A DNA stretch of 32,882 nucleotides from an uncultured Clostridia bacterium (GCA_944381255.1 CALWKL010000025.1:1-32882), one strand, 5' to 3'. Numbered from the stretch's first letter, positions 1 through 9,817 are shown. The notes: a model not told the origin generated them from the letters alone. Numbers and translations are program-made.

Positions 1-1050
1 ATACTGCTTCTTTGCATTAGCGAGCGACTTTATCTGCGCTATCAATTCAAAATCACTGCCTATTGACATACCACACTGACTACTCAAGACATTGTAAAAT
101 AATCCTTCTTTTGGGACTAAATTATAAGTGATTTTACCATTTCCCATTTCAATACTTGATAATACTATTGGTTCAAAATGTTCACTGTTTTCGAATAACA
201 CTGCACCTTTATCAAAGTCGCCAATTTTAATAACGTCAGCCCCTACTCGAGTTACTTCGGAAGCAATCTCACCGATAATTTTGTCTTCGAAAGGCAACGC
301 TGTCAACCATTGAGGCATATTCATCTCAATACCGACAAAAGGAAATTCTTGCAAAATTTTTTCAAAAATAGTTACGACATCTTTCTGATTAAGTTGAGCT
401 ACATTTATAGCAACTGCGCTAACCTTGTACTTCTGTTCTAGCGCATTAACCATTTCGACAGTAGAAGCCTGCTTTGGATGTGTAGAATTTACTACCACGA
501 CAAAGGGCTTGTTGTACTGCCTTAACTCGTATACTAGTTTATCTACCGCTGGAGCAAAGTTTTCACTAGCTATCTCGCCGAAACTACCATCAGAAGTCAG
601 TAAAACTGCTACCGTACTATGTTCTGCGACCACTTTCCTTGTACCAATTTCTGCAGATTTTTCAAAAGTCATAGGTTCAGGATCCCATGGAGTCTTGACC
701 ATACGTGCTTTACCATCTTGTAGATGACCTTGCGCACCGTTGACAAGATACCCCACACAGTCTATCAAGCGAACATTTGCTGATATATTGTTTCCCAAAT
801 CTACATGCACTGCTTCTGCTGGCACAAATTTGGGCTGAGTGGTCATAATGGTATTACCATCTGCACTCTGAGGTAATTCGTCTAATGCGCAAGCACGCAT
901 ATTCTCACTACTAATATTGGGTAAAATAAATTGCTCAGTAAATTTTGTAATAAAAGTGGATTTTCCCACACGCACAGGCCCCACTACCCCAACATAGAGG
1001 TCTCCATTAGTGCGAGTGGCAATGTCATGATAAATATTATAAGGGTTCAT
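1..1050 (-). CDS. spoIVA: stage IV sporulation protein A (SpoIVA), N-terminal ~350 aa; the C-terminus lies beyond the left window edge
   Basis: My reverse-strand translation from ATG (1050..1048) reads MNPYNIYHDIATRTNGDLYVGVVGPVRVGKSTFITKF...MRACALDELPQSADGNTIMTTQPKFVPAEAVHV. This matches the SpoIVA Walker-A N-terminus as I remember it from B. subtilis (GDIYLGVVGAVRTGKSTFIKKF...DELPQSAAGKTIMTTEPKFVP). GGAG lies 6 nt upstream. The ORF stays open to position 1, so it is absent from the complete-ORF track. Confidence 0.9.
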   Translation of the reverse strand, partial: MNPYNIYHDIATRTNGDLYVGVVGPVRVGKSTFITKFTEQFILPNISSENMRACALDELPQSADGNTIMTTQPKFVPAEAVHVDLGNNISANVRLIDCVGYLVNGAQGHLQDGKARMVKTPWDPEPMTFEKSAEIGTRKVVAEHSTVAVLLTSDGSFGEIASENFAPAVDKLVYELRQYNKPFVVVVNSTHPKQASTVEMVNALEQKYKVSAVAINVAQLNQKDVVTIFEKILQEFPFVGIEMNMPQWLTALPFEDKIIGEIASEVTRVGADVIKIGDFDKGAVLFENSEHFEPIVLSSIEMGNGKITYNLVPKEGLFYNVLSSQCGMSIGSDFELIAQIKSLANAKKQY

Positions 1051-1110
1051 AACCTACTCCTTTTTGGATTGTTCCCCATATAATTATGCGAGCAATTTTA
1101 TCTATATGAC

Positions 1111-1146
1111 AAAAATAAAAGACAGTGTTCAAAAGAACAACTGTCT
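1111..1146 (-). terminator. intrinsic terminator downstream of the lipoprotein gene
   Basis: Inverted repeat AGACAGTGTTC/GAACAACTGTCT (one bulge). On the minus strand it is followed by TTTTATTTTT. Confidence 0.55.
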
Positions 1147-1156
1147 AATTTTTAGT

Positions 1157-2605
1157 TTATTCACTTTCACTTGATTCTGAAACGTAATCAGCTTCCAACA
1201 ATTTACCAACAAAGTGTGTATATGCACTACTATCAGTTATTGAAGTTTGAATACCATAATCTACATAGTGCATGTAATAATTCTCTGAATATTGTACAAA
1301 GAAGTAAACTTTATCTCCATTTACACTAAAGTTGTTGACAATATCACCTTTTGCTGTAACTCCACTAGGTATCAAAGCCTCTCTAGACTGATTAGGCTCG
1401 GTATACTTAATCTTATATAGGCTACTGTCTGCTAGATAGTACACATATTCACCTTGAACACACAAAATATTAGATATAATATTACTATCAATTACTTGAG
1501 TGGCAGAATTAGCAGATGCTAACTTATAATATGTGTTCGTACCGTCTGTATATAGGATACCCATCTCTTGAGTTGGGTCAGTAAGAGCGTAAGCAGTAAT
1601 ATCAGCATTATCTCCTACACTTTGATTACTTATAATTGTCTCGTTGTTAGATGTATCCAAAGCATATACTTTGGCAGAAAATCCTGGCTGAAGTGAGATA
1701 GTCTTGGTGTAATACAATTTATTACCGTTAGTTCCCTTAATCTCATACTTTTCACCAGTACTACTAAATACTTCGGTAGTTATCTTATCTGCCAAATTAT
1801 ATCTTTTGAGTATAGTTGTGTTGTCATCATCTTCTACAGTTGTAGTAAAGTAAATAGATTTATCAATCTCTTTTACCGAAATATCACTCCTTGGGTAATA
1901 TGGCATACTAGCGCTAGATACATCGTTAGAGATGTGATTTACTTGATAATTGCTACCATTGATAAATACAATACTCAAATGATTGCCATCAAGTATAGTC
2001 ATATAAACGGTCTCTCCTACTTGATGCATTGTCCAAGTAACATTTGCAGTCTCGCTCTCACTAGAGTAAACCAAATCATTACCACCAGAACGGTCAAGAC
2101 TTACACGATAAATGTGCAAATAGTCAGACATGATAGTACCACTACCATCACGCAAATTGTTAGGAGTGGCATAATAAAGGTAGTCGCCAAAGATAAATAA
2201 CTTGGTATATTCAAAACCTGCTACCAATGGTACTAAAATATCAATATTCTGTAAACTTTGAGTCTTGTCAAAAATTTCCTCTCCGTCTTCATCATATTGC
2301 TTTTCGGCTTCAGTAACACGACCTTCGCTGTCTAGCTTAACCCTATAAATAGCAGATTGGTCTACATTGCCATAATGATTGCTATCTCCTATATCACTAG
2401 TGTTGCGATATCCATTGACAAAATATAGATAATCGCCTTTTTGAACAGCTAGACTACCATTGCCACTTACCACATCATCAGCTGATGGTCCATCGCTTAG
2501 ACGACTCAAGCCACAACCAGCAAATAGCAAAGCCACGCAACCTAATGTCGCAAGCAAAAGTGCAAGCTTGATAAAAGTTTTATTAAAAATTCTCGAAATA
2601 GACAT
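1157..2605 (-). CDS. putative lipoprotein with repeated beta-propeller-like blades (DUF5050-like)
   Basis: The internal ATG at 2605 gives MSISRIFNKTFIKLALLLATLGCVALLFAGCG, a signal peptide plus lipobox-like FAGC. AAGGAG lies 10 nt upstream. G[DE]x[LV]Y[FY] motifs recur (GDYLYFVN, GDYLYYAT, GETVYMT, DKSIYFTT, GNKLYYTK, GEYVYYLA, GDKVYFFV). The track ORF extends to 2650, but that extra N-terminus has no RBS. Confidence 0.7.
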   Translation of the reverse strand: MSISRIFNKTFIKLALLLATLGCVALLFAGCGLSRLSDGPSADDVVSGNGSLAVQKGDYLYFVNGYRNTSDIGDSNHYGNVDQSAIYRVKLDSEGRVTEAEKQYDEDGEEIFDKTQSLQNIDILVPLVAGFEYTKLFIFGDYLYYATPNNLRDGSGTIMSDYLHIYRVSLDRSGGNDLVYSSESETANVTWTMHQVGETVYMTILDGNHLSIVFINGSNYQVNHISNDVSSASMPYYPRSDISVKEIDKSIYFTTTVEDDDNTTILKRYNLADKITTEVFSSTGEKYEIKGTNGNKLYYTKTISLQPGFSAKVYALDTSNNETIISNQSVGDNADITAYALTDPTQEMGILYTDGTNTYYKLASANSATQVIDSNIISNILCVQGEYVYYLADSSLYKIKYTEPNQSREALIPSGVTAKGDIVNNFSVNGDKVYFFVQYSENYYMHYVDYGIQTSITDSSAYTHFVGKLLEADYVSESSESE

Positions 2606-2709
2606 ACAAGCATATCTCCTTATACAACACAAATGAAAAATTGTTATCATATATTAGCATTAATTGAAGTTTTAGTCAATTATTTAGAGTAAATTAAAAG
2701 GAAAATATT

Positions 2710-2988
2710 ATGAAAAGATTTGTTGAACACGAGGAACAAGTACATATTTTATCCTCGCCTATTGTCGAAGAACAGCAATCAAAAGGCTTGGATATAACTA
2801 AATTATTGCAAATTTTACCTAAATTAAACCTAAAATCACTCTTTCCCAACACTAAGCAACAGGTTCCCTCCCCTCAGCCAGAAAACTACCAGCCAACCGT
2901 AAATTTTATGGCAAATTACAACAAAGCTACAGCAATAGATGCAATAGAAAGGCATAAGGAAAGCGTAAAAAGATTACATAATAGTTAA
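2710..2988 (+). CDS. hypothetical small protein (92 aa)
   Basis: ORF preceded by AAAGGAAAA and followed by a hairpin terminator. I recognise no motif. Confidence 0.5.
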   Translation: MKRFVEHEEQVHILSSPIVEEQQSKGLDITKLLQILPKLNLKSLFPNTKQQVPSPQPENYQPTVNFMANYNKATAIDAIERHKESVKRLHNS

Positions 2989-3004
2989 AAAAGTGATTTA
3001 AATC

Positions 3005-3036
3005 AAAAACACCCTTATTAAAAAGAGTGTTTTTTA
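3005..3036. terminator. bidirectional intrinsic terminator between convergent genes
   Basis: Stem AACACCCTT/AAGAGTGTT (9 bp, one mismatch) with an A-run upstream and a T-run downstream. Confidence 0.55.
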
Positions 3037-3073
3037 TTAAAAATAATTTACAAACTAAATATTAGATTCAAAA

Positions 3074-3907
3074 CTACAGGCGAATATTTTCCCCTGTTTC
3101 TGCACTTTGATACATTACCCAATAACCTGCACCATCTGGCTCGGATAATTTGAGAGGCAACCATTGACAGTAATCTACAAGACTCTCTGGTGGCGCTGTA
3201 GCCCTAGAAGAAGCAGGAATTCCATAACAAAGATGAGTAACTACTTCGCCATCAAATAATTTGCCTAAAATATAATGCTGAGTATCATCTGGAGCATAAT
3301 TTACCTTTATCCACTCAGTATTAGCAACCAAATCTTCCAACTCTCGAAAATGTGGGAATTTAGCGAATAATTCATCGAGTTGAGGTTGTATAAGCGAATA
3401 AAAGTTGCCTGTAGGCTCAGGATACTCCTCCTCTACTTCATCTGTTTTCCTTTGACTCAAATTATCATCATTTTCTTCCTGTTGTATGGCAGGATTACTG
3501 ATAGAATCGTCCAATTCTCGTTCAATGATTTCATCTAATTCTTTATCAGATAATTCATCAAAGAGAGCAGAATAGTCAGGGCTAATAGTAGCACTGTGCG
3601 CCATGGCAAGTGGACTAACCACGCCATCTATATTAGTTGCCAAAAGCAAGGTTATATCATCATCATTTGTGACACCAGATATACGAAAGTCATAATTTTG
3701 TGGTGTGTCTATATCGGAAAACAGAAATTTTTTATCCCCTACTTTTACCACCATATCTATAGGTAAAAGTTCATCTCGTATATTGAATACTTTGATATTT
3801 CCAGACAAACTATCCCCGCCTGAAAATGTGGCAAGCCCACGGATAGGCTTGGAATTCATATTATTGTATTCAGGCAATTGATTGACTATCAAATTTTTTG
3901 TAATCAT
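3074..3907 (-). CDS. hypothetical protein (277 aa) with an acidic central linker and a conserved-looking C-terminal domain
   Basis: ORF with a GGAG RBS (rc: TAGGAGTAAATATG). The central stretch is D/E-rich (DELSDKELDEIIERELDD...EENDDNLSQRKTDEVEEEYPEP). The C-terminus reads HLCYGIPASSRATAPPESLVDYCQWLPL...GAGYWVMYQSAETGE. I cannot assign a family. Confidence 0.7.
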   Translation of the reverse strand: MITKNLIVNQLPEYNNMNSKPIRGLATFSGGDSLSGNIKVFNIRDELLPIDMVVKVGDKKFLFSDIDTPQNYDFRISGVTNDDDITLLLATNIDGVVSPLAMAHSATISPDYSALFDELSDKELDEIIERELDDSISNPAIQQEENDDNLSQRKTDEVEEEYPEPTGNFYSLIQPQLDELFAKFPHFRELEDLVANTEWIKVNYAPDDTQHYILGKLFDGEVVTHLCYGIPASSRATAPPESLVDYCQWLPLKLSEPDGAGYWVMYQSAETGENIRL

Positions 3908-4012
3908 ATTTACTCCTACAATTTTGTTATAAATTATATATTATAGGAGTGTCAAAAAGTTGACAAAAAAATGACTAAATATGCACTTGTTTGCCCCTTT
4001 ATGTAATAAAAA

Positions 4013-4849
4013 CTAATTTTGTAAATTCTCTATTTCTTGAGATAGTGCTACAAATTGATTTTTATCCAATTTTTCCGCTCTAATGTCTAATGGCAAATTT
4101 AATTTAGTTAGCACCCTATAGGCTTCCTCTCTAGATAACTTAAGACCTTCTATCAAGTTATTTACCAAAGTTTTACGGCGCATAGCAAAGCACGCCTTTA
4201 CTACTTTTGCAATGCTTATAATAGGCAAACTTGTCGGCTGTATTTCTATATTTAAAATCGCACTATCGACATTTGGCATAGGTGTAAACATTTGGCGTGG
4301 CACATCACGAGTCTTTGTAACACGACCATATAGGCTCAAGATTACTGTAAGCGCACCATAATCTTTTCCCCCTGGCATCGCTGTAATCCTATCGACCAAT
4401 TCCTTTTGAAGCATTACTGTAATACTTTGGATAGGCAAGCCACTCTCTATTAGATAAAAAATTATTGGACTAGAAATATAATATGGTAAATTAGCGACTA
4501 CTTTAAATGGCTTCCCGCCAAATTTTGCCATAATTTCCTCAGTTGGAATGCGCAAGATATCACCAAAGACAAATTCTATGTTCGCTGTATTTGCAAATTT
4601 TGTCAACAAAAATTCACGCAAAGTATAGTCAATCTCTACACTCACAACTTTACCTTTGGTAACAACAGCACAAATTTGAGTAGTAAGTGCACCTGCACCT
4701 GCACCAATTTCTAGTACATTATCATTATCCTGAACCTTCGCATCAGCGACAATTGCTCGCAACAAATTGGTATCTTTTAAAAAATTTTGCCCAAATTTTT
4801 TCTTAAACTTAAATTCATTAGGCAAATTAATTTTATTTTCTTTATTCAT
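4013..4849 (-). CDS. rsmA: 16S rRNA (adenine1518-N6/adenine1519-N6)-dimethyltransferase RsmA/KsgA
   Basis: KKFGQNFL N-terminal motif, SAM-binding VLEIGAGAGALT, and NLPYYISSPI. It overlaps the end of tatD by 8 bp, consistent with an operon. Confidence 0.92.
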   Translation of the reverse strand: MNKENKINLPNEFKFKKKFGQNFLKDTNLLRAIVADAKVQDNDNVLEIGAGAGALTTQICAVVTKGKVVSVEIDYTLREFLLTKFANTANIEFVFGDILRIPTEEIMAKFGGKPFKVVANLPYYISSPIIFYLIESGLPIQSITVMLQKELVDRITAMPGGKDYGALTVILSLYGRVTKTRDVPRQMFTPMPNVDSAILNIEIQPTSLPIISIAKVVKACFAMRRKTLVNNLIEGLKLSREEAYRVLTKLNLPLDIRAEKLDKNQFVALSQEIENLQN

Positions 4850-5624
4850 TATTATCCTTCATTTTATCAAAAAATTTATAAGCATTCTGTGTAGTCGCTT
4901 CTGCCACTTGGCTAAGAGACAAGCCTTTTAATTCTGCTACCTTCTCTGCTACTAATTCGGTATACTCTGGGCGATTAATTTTACCACGGTATGGCTCAGG
5001 AGCGAGATATGGCGCATCAGTCTCTACCATTAGTCTATCCATAGGTATAGCCATCACAGCCTCTCTCAAATCAGCACGAGGTTTGAAAGTAATGAGTCCT
5101 GTTACCGAAATCATCAAATCGTGGTCGAGCACTCTAAGTGCAGTATCTTTGTCACCATCGAAGCAATGCACTACCCCACTTTTAAAGCGATGGCGATTGT
5201 CCTTTAGCCAGTCTAAGAAATCATCAAAAGCATCACGCACGTGAAAAATTACTGGCAAATTATACTCACTAGCAATATCAATTTGCTTATTGAGTACAGC
5301 GAATTGCTCTGCACGATTATCCATACCATAATGGTAGTCTAAGCCAATTTCTCCTATTGCTACGACCTTAGTATCTCCTGCATTTTTTCTCAAAAAAGCA
5401 TCACACATAGCATTATACTCTATGCAATTTTCTGGGTGAATACCTATCGCACAAAAAACTTTGGGTTGGCTACGCGCTAGTCCTAAAGCAGTGATACTAC
5501 TTTCTAGCGAAAAACTTGGACAAATTACCTTTTGCACAACCCCTGTCTCTAGATTTTGTAAAATTTCTGGTAAAATATCAGCCATTCTCTCTACATTGAT
5601 ATGTGAATGTGTATCTATTAACAT
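4842..5624 (-). CDS. tatD: TatD family metal-dependent hydrolase/DNase
   Basis: MLIDTHSHIN start with the HxH motif, plus IGEIGLDYH, VIFHVRDA, VHCF and ETDAPYL signatures. RBS AGGAGAG. Confidence 0.9.
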   Translation of the reverse strand: MLIDTHSHINVERMADILPEILQNLETGVVQKVICPSFSLESSITALGLARSQPKVFCAIGIHPENCIEYNAMCDAFLRKNAGDTKVVAIGEIGLDYHYGMDNRAEQFAVLNKQIDIASEYNLPVIFHVRDAFDDFLDWLKDNRHRFKSGVVHCFDGDKDTALRVLDHDLMISVTGLITFKPRADLREAVMAIPMDRLMVETDAPYLAPEPYRGKINRPEYTELVAEKVAELKGLSLSQVAEATTQNAYKFFDKMKDNNE

Positions 5625-5715
5625 AATTCTCTCCTAACTTAGGTTTATTTTATCAAGTTTTATCTAAATAGTAAAGTTTTTTCATAAAAAACTACACAAA
5701 TTCATATGGTATCAT

Positions 5716-6291
5716 ATGAAAAAAATTTGGTTTTTTATGGTTCTATCCAGCATAGTTACGCTTATTTTTGTCAACCCAGAAGATTGTATAAATGCAATGA
5801 TGAATGCTGGTAGTGATGCAGTAGCATTGACTATCAAATTATTAGGTATATATGCTGTATGGTTAGGCATCATAGCCTTAGTCGATGCCACTGGTCTATC
5901 CAATAAAATTGCAAATTTACTAGACCCTGTGATAGATTGGTTGTTCGGTCGCACAGATAGTGAAACAAAAAAATATCTAGCCTTGAATATGTCTGCCAAT
6001 CTCTTAGGGTTGGGCAACGCCTGTACCCCTACTGGACTAAAAGCCATGGAGGGCCTTGACAGGCAAAACAACTCGCTCACAGCTTCGACCGCTATGATAA
6101 TGCTAGTAGTAATCAATGCTACCAGTATCCAACTCATTCCTACCACAGTTATTGGACTAAGACAGCAATACGGTTCAACTAGCAGTAGTGATATAATTGT
6201 GCCCACCTTGATTGCCACAATCATAAGCACAGTCCTTGCAGTATTCCTAGTCAAATTATGCGCAAAAATCAAGGAGCGCCTAAAGAGATGA
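5716..6291 (+). CDS. spmA: spore maturation protein A (nucleoside-recognition/Gate domain)
   Basis: NLLGLGNACTPTGLKAME and INATSIQLIPTTVIGLR match the SpmA pattern I remember (GLGNAATPLGIKAME, NTSSITLIPTTVIAIR). A spmB-like gene follows. Confidence 0.85.
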   Translation: MKKIWFFMVLSSIVTLIFVNPEDCINAMMNAGSDAVALTIKLLGIYAVWLGIIALVDATGLSNKIANLLDPVIDWLFGRTDSETKKYLALNMSANLLGLGNACTPTGLKAMEGLDRQNNSLTASTAMIMLVVINATSIQLIPTTVIGLRQQYGSTSSSDIIVPTLIATIISTVLAVFLVKLCAKIKERLKR

Positions 6292-6800
6292 ATATCAGTG
6301 TATATATTACCCCTGTACTCCTTGTCTTGTTGCTACTATACTGCGCAAAAAAGAGAGTCAATGCGTATGGGACTTTTGCCAATGGCGCAAAGGACGCAAT
6401 CAAACTTTGCCTTGATGTATTGCCATTTTTAGTAACGATTTTTGTAGCGATACAACTATTCAAAATTAGTGGATTGACTAGCCTGCTAGCGAATTTTTTG
6501 AGTCCGATAATGAATACTATCCAAATACCTAGCGAACTTACTGAACTTATGCTTATACGCCCCTTTAGTGGTAGCGGCAGTCTTGCATTGCTAGAAGATA
6601 TTTTTTCTACCTATGGCGCAGATAGTTATATCGCAAGGTGCGCTAGTGTAATTATGGGCAGTAGTGAGACAATATTTTATGTAGCGACTATATATCCAAG
6701 CCAGACAAAAGCAAAAAGGCTAGTGTATGCAATACCTGTGGCACTAGTGTGCAACATTTTTTCTGCAATAATTGCTTGTATCGTATGTAGATTTTGCTAA
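6288..6800 (+). CDS. spmB: spore maturation protein B
   Basis: The ATG at 6288 overlaps the spmA stop (ATGA), and AAGGAG lies 11 nt upstream. It encodes a membrane protein with RPFSGSGSLALLEDI. The track start at 6258 lies inside spmA with no RBS. Confidence 0.85.
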   Translation: MNISVYITPVLLVLLLLYCAKKRVNAYGTFANGAKDAIKLCLDVLPFLVTIFVAIQLFKISGLTSLLANFLSPIMNTIQIPSELTELMLIRPFSGSGSLALLEDIFSTYGADSYIARCASVIMGSSETIFYVATIYPSQTKAKRLVYAIPVALVCNIFSAIIACIVCRFC

Positions 6801-6814
6801 GCAAAATATAATGG

Positions 6815-7462
6815 TTACTTTCTCCACTCTGCTAATTTAAAATCTTCGCCATGCCCAGGGTGTACCATAGTGCTACTAGGTAAATTTTCAAGTTTTTCTA
6901 AAGTATTTACGAGTTCTCTCCTGTCCCCTGTGGGTAGGTCGTACCTTCCAAAAGAATTACCTGCAAACATTACATCGCCCACAAATAAATTTTGGTCTTT
7001 ATATATACTAATTGAACAATTTGTGTGGCCTGGGGTATCTATTACCTCCCAAATTTCATCACACAGAATTATTTTGTTGTCTTGAGGAAATTCTGCTAAA
7101 TTTTTGGGAATGATAATTTCTAGTGGTTTGTCGTTTAACATACAAGAGTAATTAATGCTACTTGACTGCAAATTTTGATAACATTTTCTACTCAAAACTA
7201 TAGGAATATCGCTTTCAATAAAATCTTGAATTTTCTCGACATGGTCAAAATGACAATGAGTTACTATTACTTTGTCTAATATAAGTTCATTTCCCGTAGT
7301 CCTATCTTGATTAGGTAGTAAAAAATCGCCCAAGACTTCTCGTATTTGTACTAAACTATGACTAGGGTCAACGACACAAAACTTTCCATTCGATATAATA
7401 ATAAAAGTGTTACTTATAGGTCCTAAAGAGGTCTCTTTGCCCTCTATTTTTTTTATTTCCAT
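6815..7462 (-). CDS. MBL-fold metallo-hydrolase (glyoxalase II-like)
   Basis: HxHxDH motif (THCHFDHV), later TPGHT and PGHG histidines, about 215 aa. Confidence 0.85.
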   Translation of the reverse strand: MEIKKIEGKETSLGPISNTFIIISNGKFCVVDPSHSLVQIREVLGDFLLPNQDRTTGNELILDKVIVTHCHFDHVEKIQDFIESDIPIVLSRKCYQNLQSSSINYSCMLNDKPLEIIIPKNLAEFPQDNKIILCDEIWEVIDTPGHTNCSISIYKDQNLFVGDVMFAGNSFGRYDLPTGDRRELVNTLEKLENLPSSTMVHPGHGEDFKLAEWRK

Positions 7463-7581
7463 ATATTTACCTCAAAAAAATTTTATCAAAAATATATAAT
7501 TTATGCAATTGTTTTGATAGACTAAATTTCGCTTTTGGGGTATAATTAGATTTAGTACTTTACAATAAATAGGAGTGAAAA

Positions 7582-9690
7582 ATGAATAAAGATTTATTTA
7601 CCTTAATGCACCCAAATAGTGTAGCAATCATAGGAGCGTCTGCCAAACCTGGTAGCGTAGGTAACGAATTAATACTGCGTGCTACAGAAGCAAGATTTAC
7701 TGGTAGGCTGGTGGCTATCAATCCAAAAAACGATGAGATAAATGGCGTACCTTGTTATCCAAATATCGCTAGTGTACCTTTTAAAGTGGATACGGCTATA
7801 ATTGCTGTCCCTGCTGCTGGGGTTTTGCAAGTACTAGAGGAGTGCCATGCCTCTGGTTGTAATCATGCAGTCATTATCTCTAGTGGTTTTAAAGAAGTCG
7901 GCGATGCTGGTCGTGCACTAGAGCAACAAATAGCAGATTTTGCTAATATGAATGATATGACTGTAGTCGGTCCAAACTGCTTAGGTATCATAAACACTGC
8001 GACAGAATATTCACTAAACGCATGTTTTGCCCCATTACAACCTATGCGTGGTTCGGTAGGTTTTGCGACACAATCAGGAGCTCTCGCTAGTGGTATTATT
8101 AATGTATTGCCTAATTTACGCATCGGCTTATCCCAAATGATTTCACTTGGCAATCAATGTCAAATTAATAGCATTGATGTATTAAGATGCTGGGAAAATG
8201 ATGACTCAATAAAGGTAATATTGCTATACCTAGAATCAATTCCAAATGAAAAGGAATTTAGAGAAGTCGCTAGTAGAATATCACTCAAAAAGCCAATACT
8301 TGTCATCAAATCTGGTAGGTCTGAGCGAGGGGCAAGGGCTTCGGTATCGCACACAGGTAGCCTCGCTGGAGATGATACAACTGTATCAGGAATGTTGGCA
8401 TCTAGTGGCGTAATTCGCGAACTTGACCTTAGAGAATTATTTGACACTGCCCAAGTACTCAGTAAGTGTCCTCTCCCAAAAGGAGAAAATCTAGCTATTA
8501 TTACCAACGCAGGTGGCCCTGGAATTATGGCTACCGACACTGCAAGCGATTATTCAATCACTATAGCAAACCTTACTGACGATACAAAGCAAAAATTACG
8601 CAGTGTACTCTCTCCTCAAGCCAGTGTAGCAAACCCAGTAGATGTAGTAGCCAGTGCTACAGCAGAACAGTATTCTGCTAGTGCAAAGATACTATTAGAT
8701 GCCCCTGAAGTAGATATGCTGTTGGTAATTTATCTATATATCACAGGTAAAAATGATATACGCATTATGAAAGAACTAGAGGAATTGAAAAAATCTCACC
8801 CTACAAAGCCAATCGTAGCTATGCTACTCACTACCCCAAACTTCAATAATGAATTAGATGCAGAATTGCCTAACTGCTCTATCCCTACATTTAGTTACAT
8901 TGCAGATGCTATGCATGGTCTGTCTAGACTAATAGAGCGCAAACACTTTATCGAGGACAAACAGTCAGAGCGAGTATATAATCTAAACATTGACTCAAGC
9001 AAGACAAAAGCCATATTAGATTCTGCAAAAAGAGATGGTATTAAACAATTAACCACGCTTCAAAGTCTACAAATTTTTGCTAATTATAACTTACCTACAC
9101 CAAAATTTGGTAATGCTCAAAGTCTAAACGATGCCAAAAAAATTGCCAAGGAAATCGGCTACCCAGTAGTACTCAAAATGTCTAGCAAGACTGTAACACA
9201 CAAGTCAGATATTGGTGGCGTGGTTACTAATATAAAGACGGAAGAAGAACTCGCAGAACACTGGAATAGGCTCATGGATAGATTGCGCGAAGCTAATGTT
9301 ATCGATACGCTAGACGGAATAGTAGTTATGCAACAAATTAGAGGAGCCAATCGTGAACTTGTCGCTGGTATAGTAGAAAAAAATGGTACTCACCAAATGA
9401 TGTTTGGCCTAGGAGGAATATTTGTAGAAGCTCTACACGAAGTGGCTTTTCGCCCTTGCCCTCTTACCTATTTAGACGCAGTCAGCTTACTCAATAGTAC
9501 AAAAGCAAAAAATATAATCGGAGCACTAAGAGGTAATTTGGCAGCAGACCCTCAAGAGATTATCCTTACCCTACTACGACTTAGCCAATTAGTGAGTGAT
9601 TTCCCAGAAATCAAAGAAATTGATGCTAACCCTCTTATGATTAATGACAAAGGCGAACTTTTTGTCGTAGATGCTCGAATTGTGCTATAA
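7582..9690 (+). CDS. ADP-forming acetate/acyl-CoA ligase family protein (fused alpha/beta: CoA-binding + CoA-ligase + ATP-grasp)
   Basis: N-terminal CoA-binding SVAIIGAS...PGSVG, then GPNCLGI, SQSGAL-like TQSGALAS and SHTGSLAG, with a C-terminal ATP-grasp (GYPVVLK...HKSDIGGV). RBS AGGAGTG. There is no C-terminal GNAT domain. Confidence 0.85.
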   Translation: MNKDLFTLMHPNSVAIIGASAKPGSVGNELILRATEARFTGRLVAINPKNDEINGVPCYPNIASVPFKVDTAIIAVPAAGVLQVLEECHASGCNHAVIISSGFKEVGDAGRALEQQIADFANMNDMTVVGPNCLGIINTATEYSLNACFAPLQPMRGSVGFATQSGALASGIINVLPNLRIGLSQMISLGNQCQINSIDVLRCWENDDSIKVILLYLESIPNEKEFREVASRISLKKPILVIKSGRSERGARASVSHTGSLAGDDTTVSGMLASSGVIRELDLRELFDTAQVLSKCPLPKGENLAIITNAGGPGIMATDTASDYSITIANLTDDTKQKLRSVLSPQASVANPVDVVASATAEQYSASAKILLDAPEVDMLLVIYLYITGKNDIRIMKELEELKKSHPTKPIVAMLLTTPNFNNELDAELPNCSIPTFSYIADAMHGLSRLIERKHFIEDKQSERVYNLNIDSSKTKAILDSAKRDGIKQLTTLQSLQIFANYNLPTPKFGNAQSLNDAKKIAKEIGYPVVLKMSSKTVTHKSDIGGVVTNIKTEEELAEHWNRLMDRLREANVIDTLDGIVVMQQIRGANRELVAGIVEKNGTHQMMFGLGGIFVEALHEVAFRPCPLTYLDAVSLLNSTKAKNIIGALRGNLAADPQEIILTLLRLSQLVSDFPEIKEIDANPLMINDKGELFVVDARIVL

Positions 9691-9697
9691 AATAATT

Positions 9698-9725
9698 TCA
9701 CCCTATTGTTGGGTGATTTTATTTT
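9698..9725 (+). terminator. intrinsic terminator after the acyl-CoA synthetase gene
   Basis: TCACCC-TATTGTT-GGGTGA hairpin followed by TTTTATTTT. Confidence 0.6.
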
Positions 9726-9817
9726 ACTTTTTTGTTAAATTTTTGTATAATTACTGGAGATGACTGGAGGCTTAAACAGAAAAATAGCCCTCAGACTCTT
9801 ATAAGGAGGATTATGTA

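Noticed and set aside
128-727. Two plus-strand ORFs (61 and 100 aa) at the left edge
   Set aside because: They lie antisense inside the well-supported spoIVA reading frame, use non-ATG starts without an RBS, and show no recognisable motifs.
5625-5715. Sporulation-type (sigma-E-like) promoter and the duplicated CATATG words immediately before the spmA start
   Set aside because: TCATAAA...CATATGGT loosely resembles sigma-E elements, but it would place the -10 against the start codon. The match is too weak to call by eye, and spmA also lacks a clear RBS, so its expression signals remain unresolved.
5712-6272. 186-aa minus-strand ORF almost exactly mirroring spmA
   Set aside because: It is an antisense shadow of a gene with clear SpmA motifs. 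It has no RBS, its composition is hydrophobic and low-complexity, and it would overlap the entire spmA gene.
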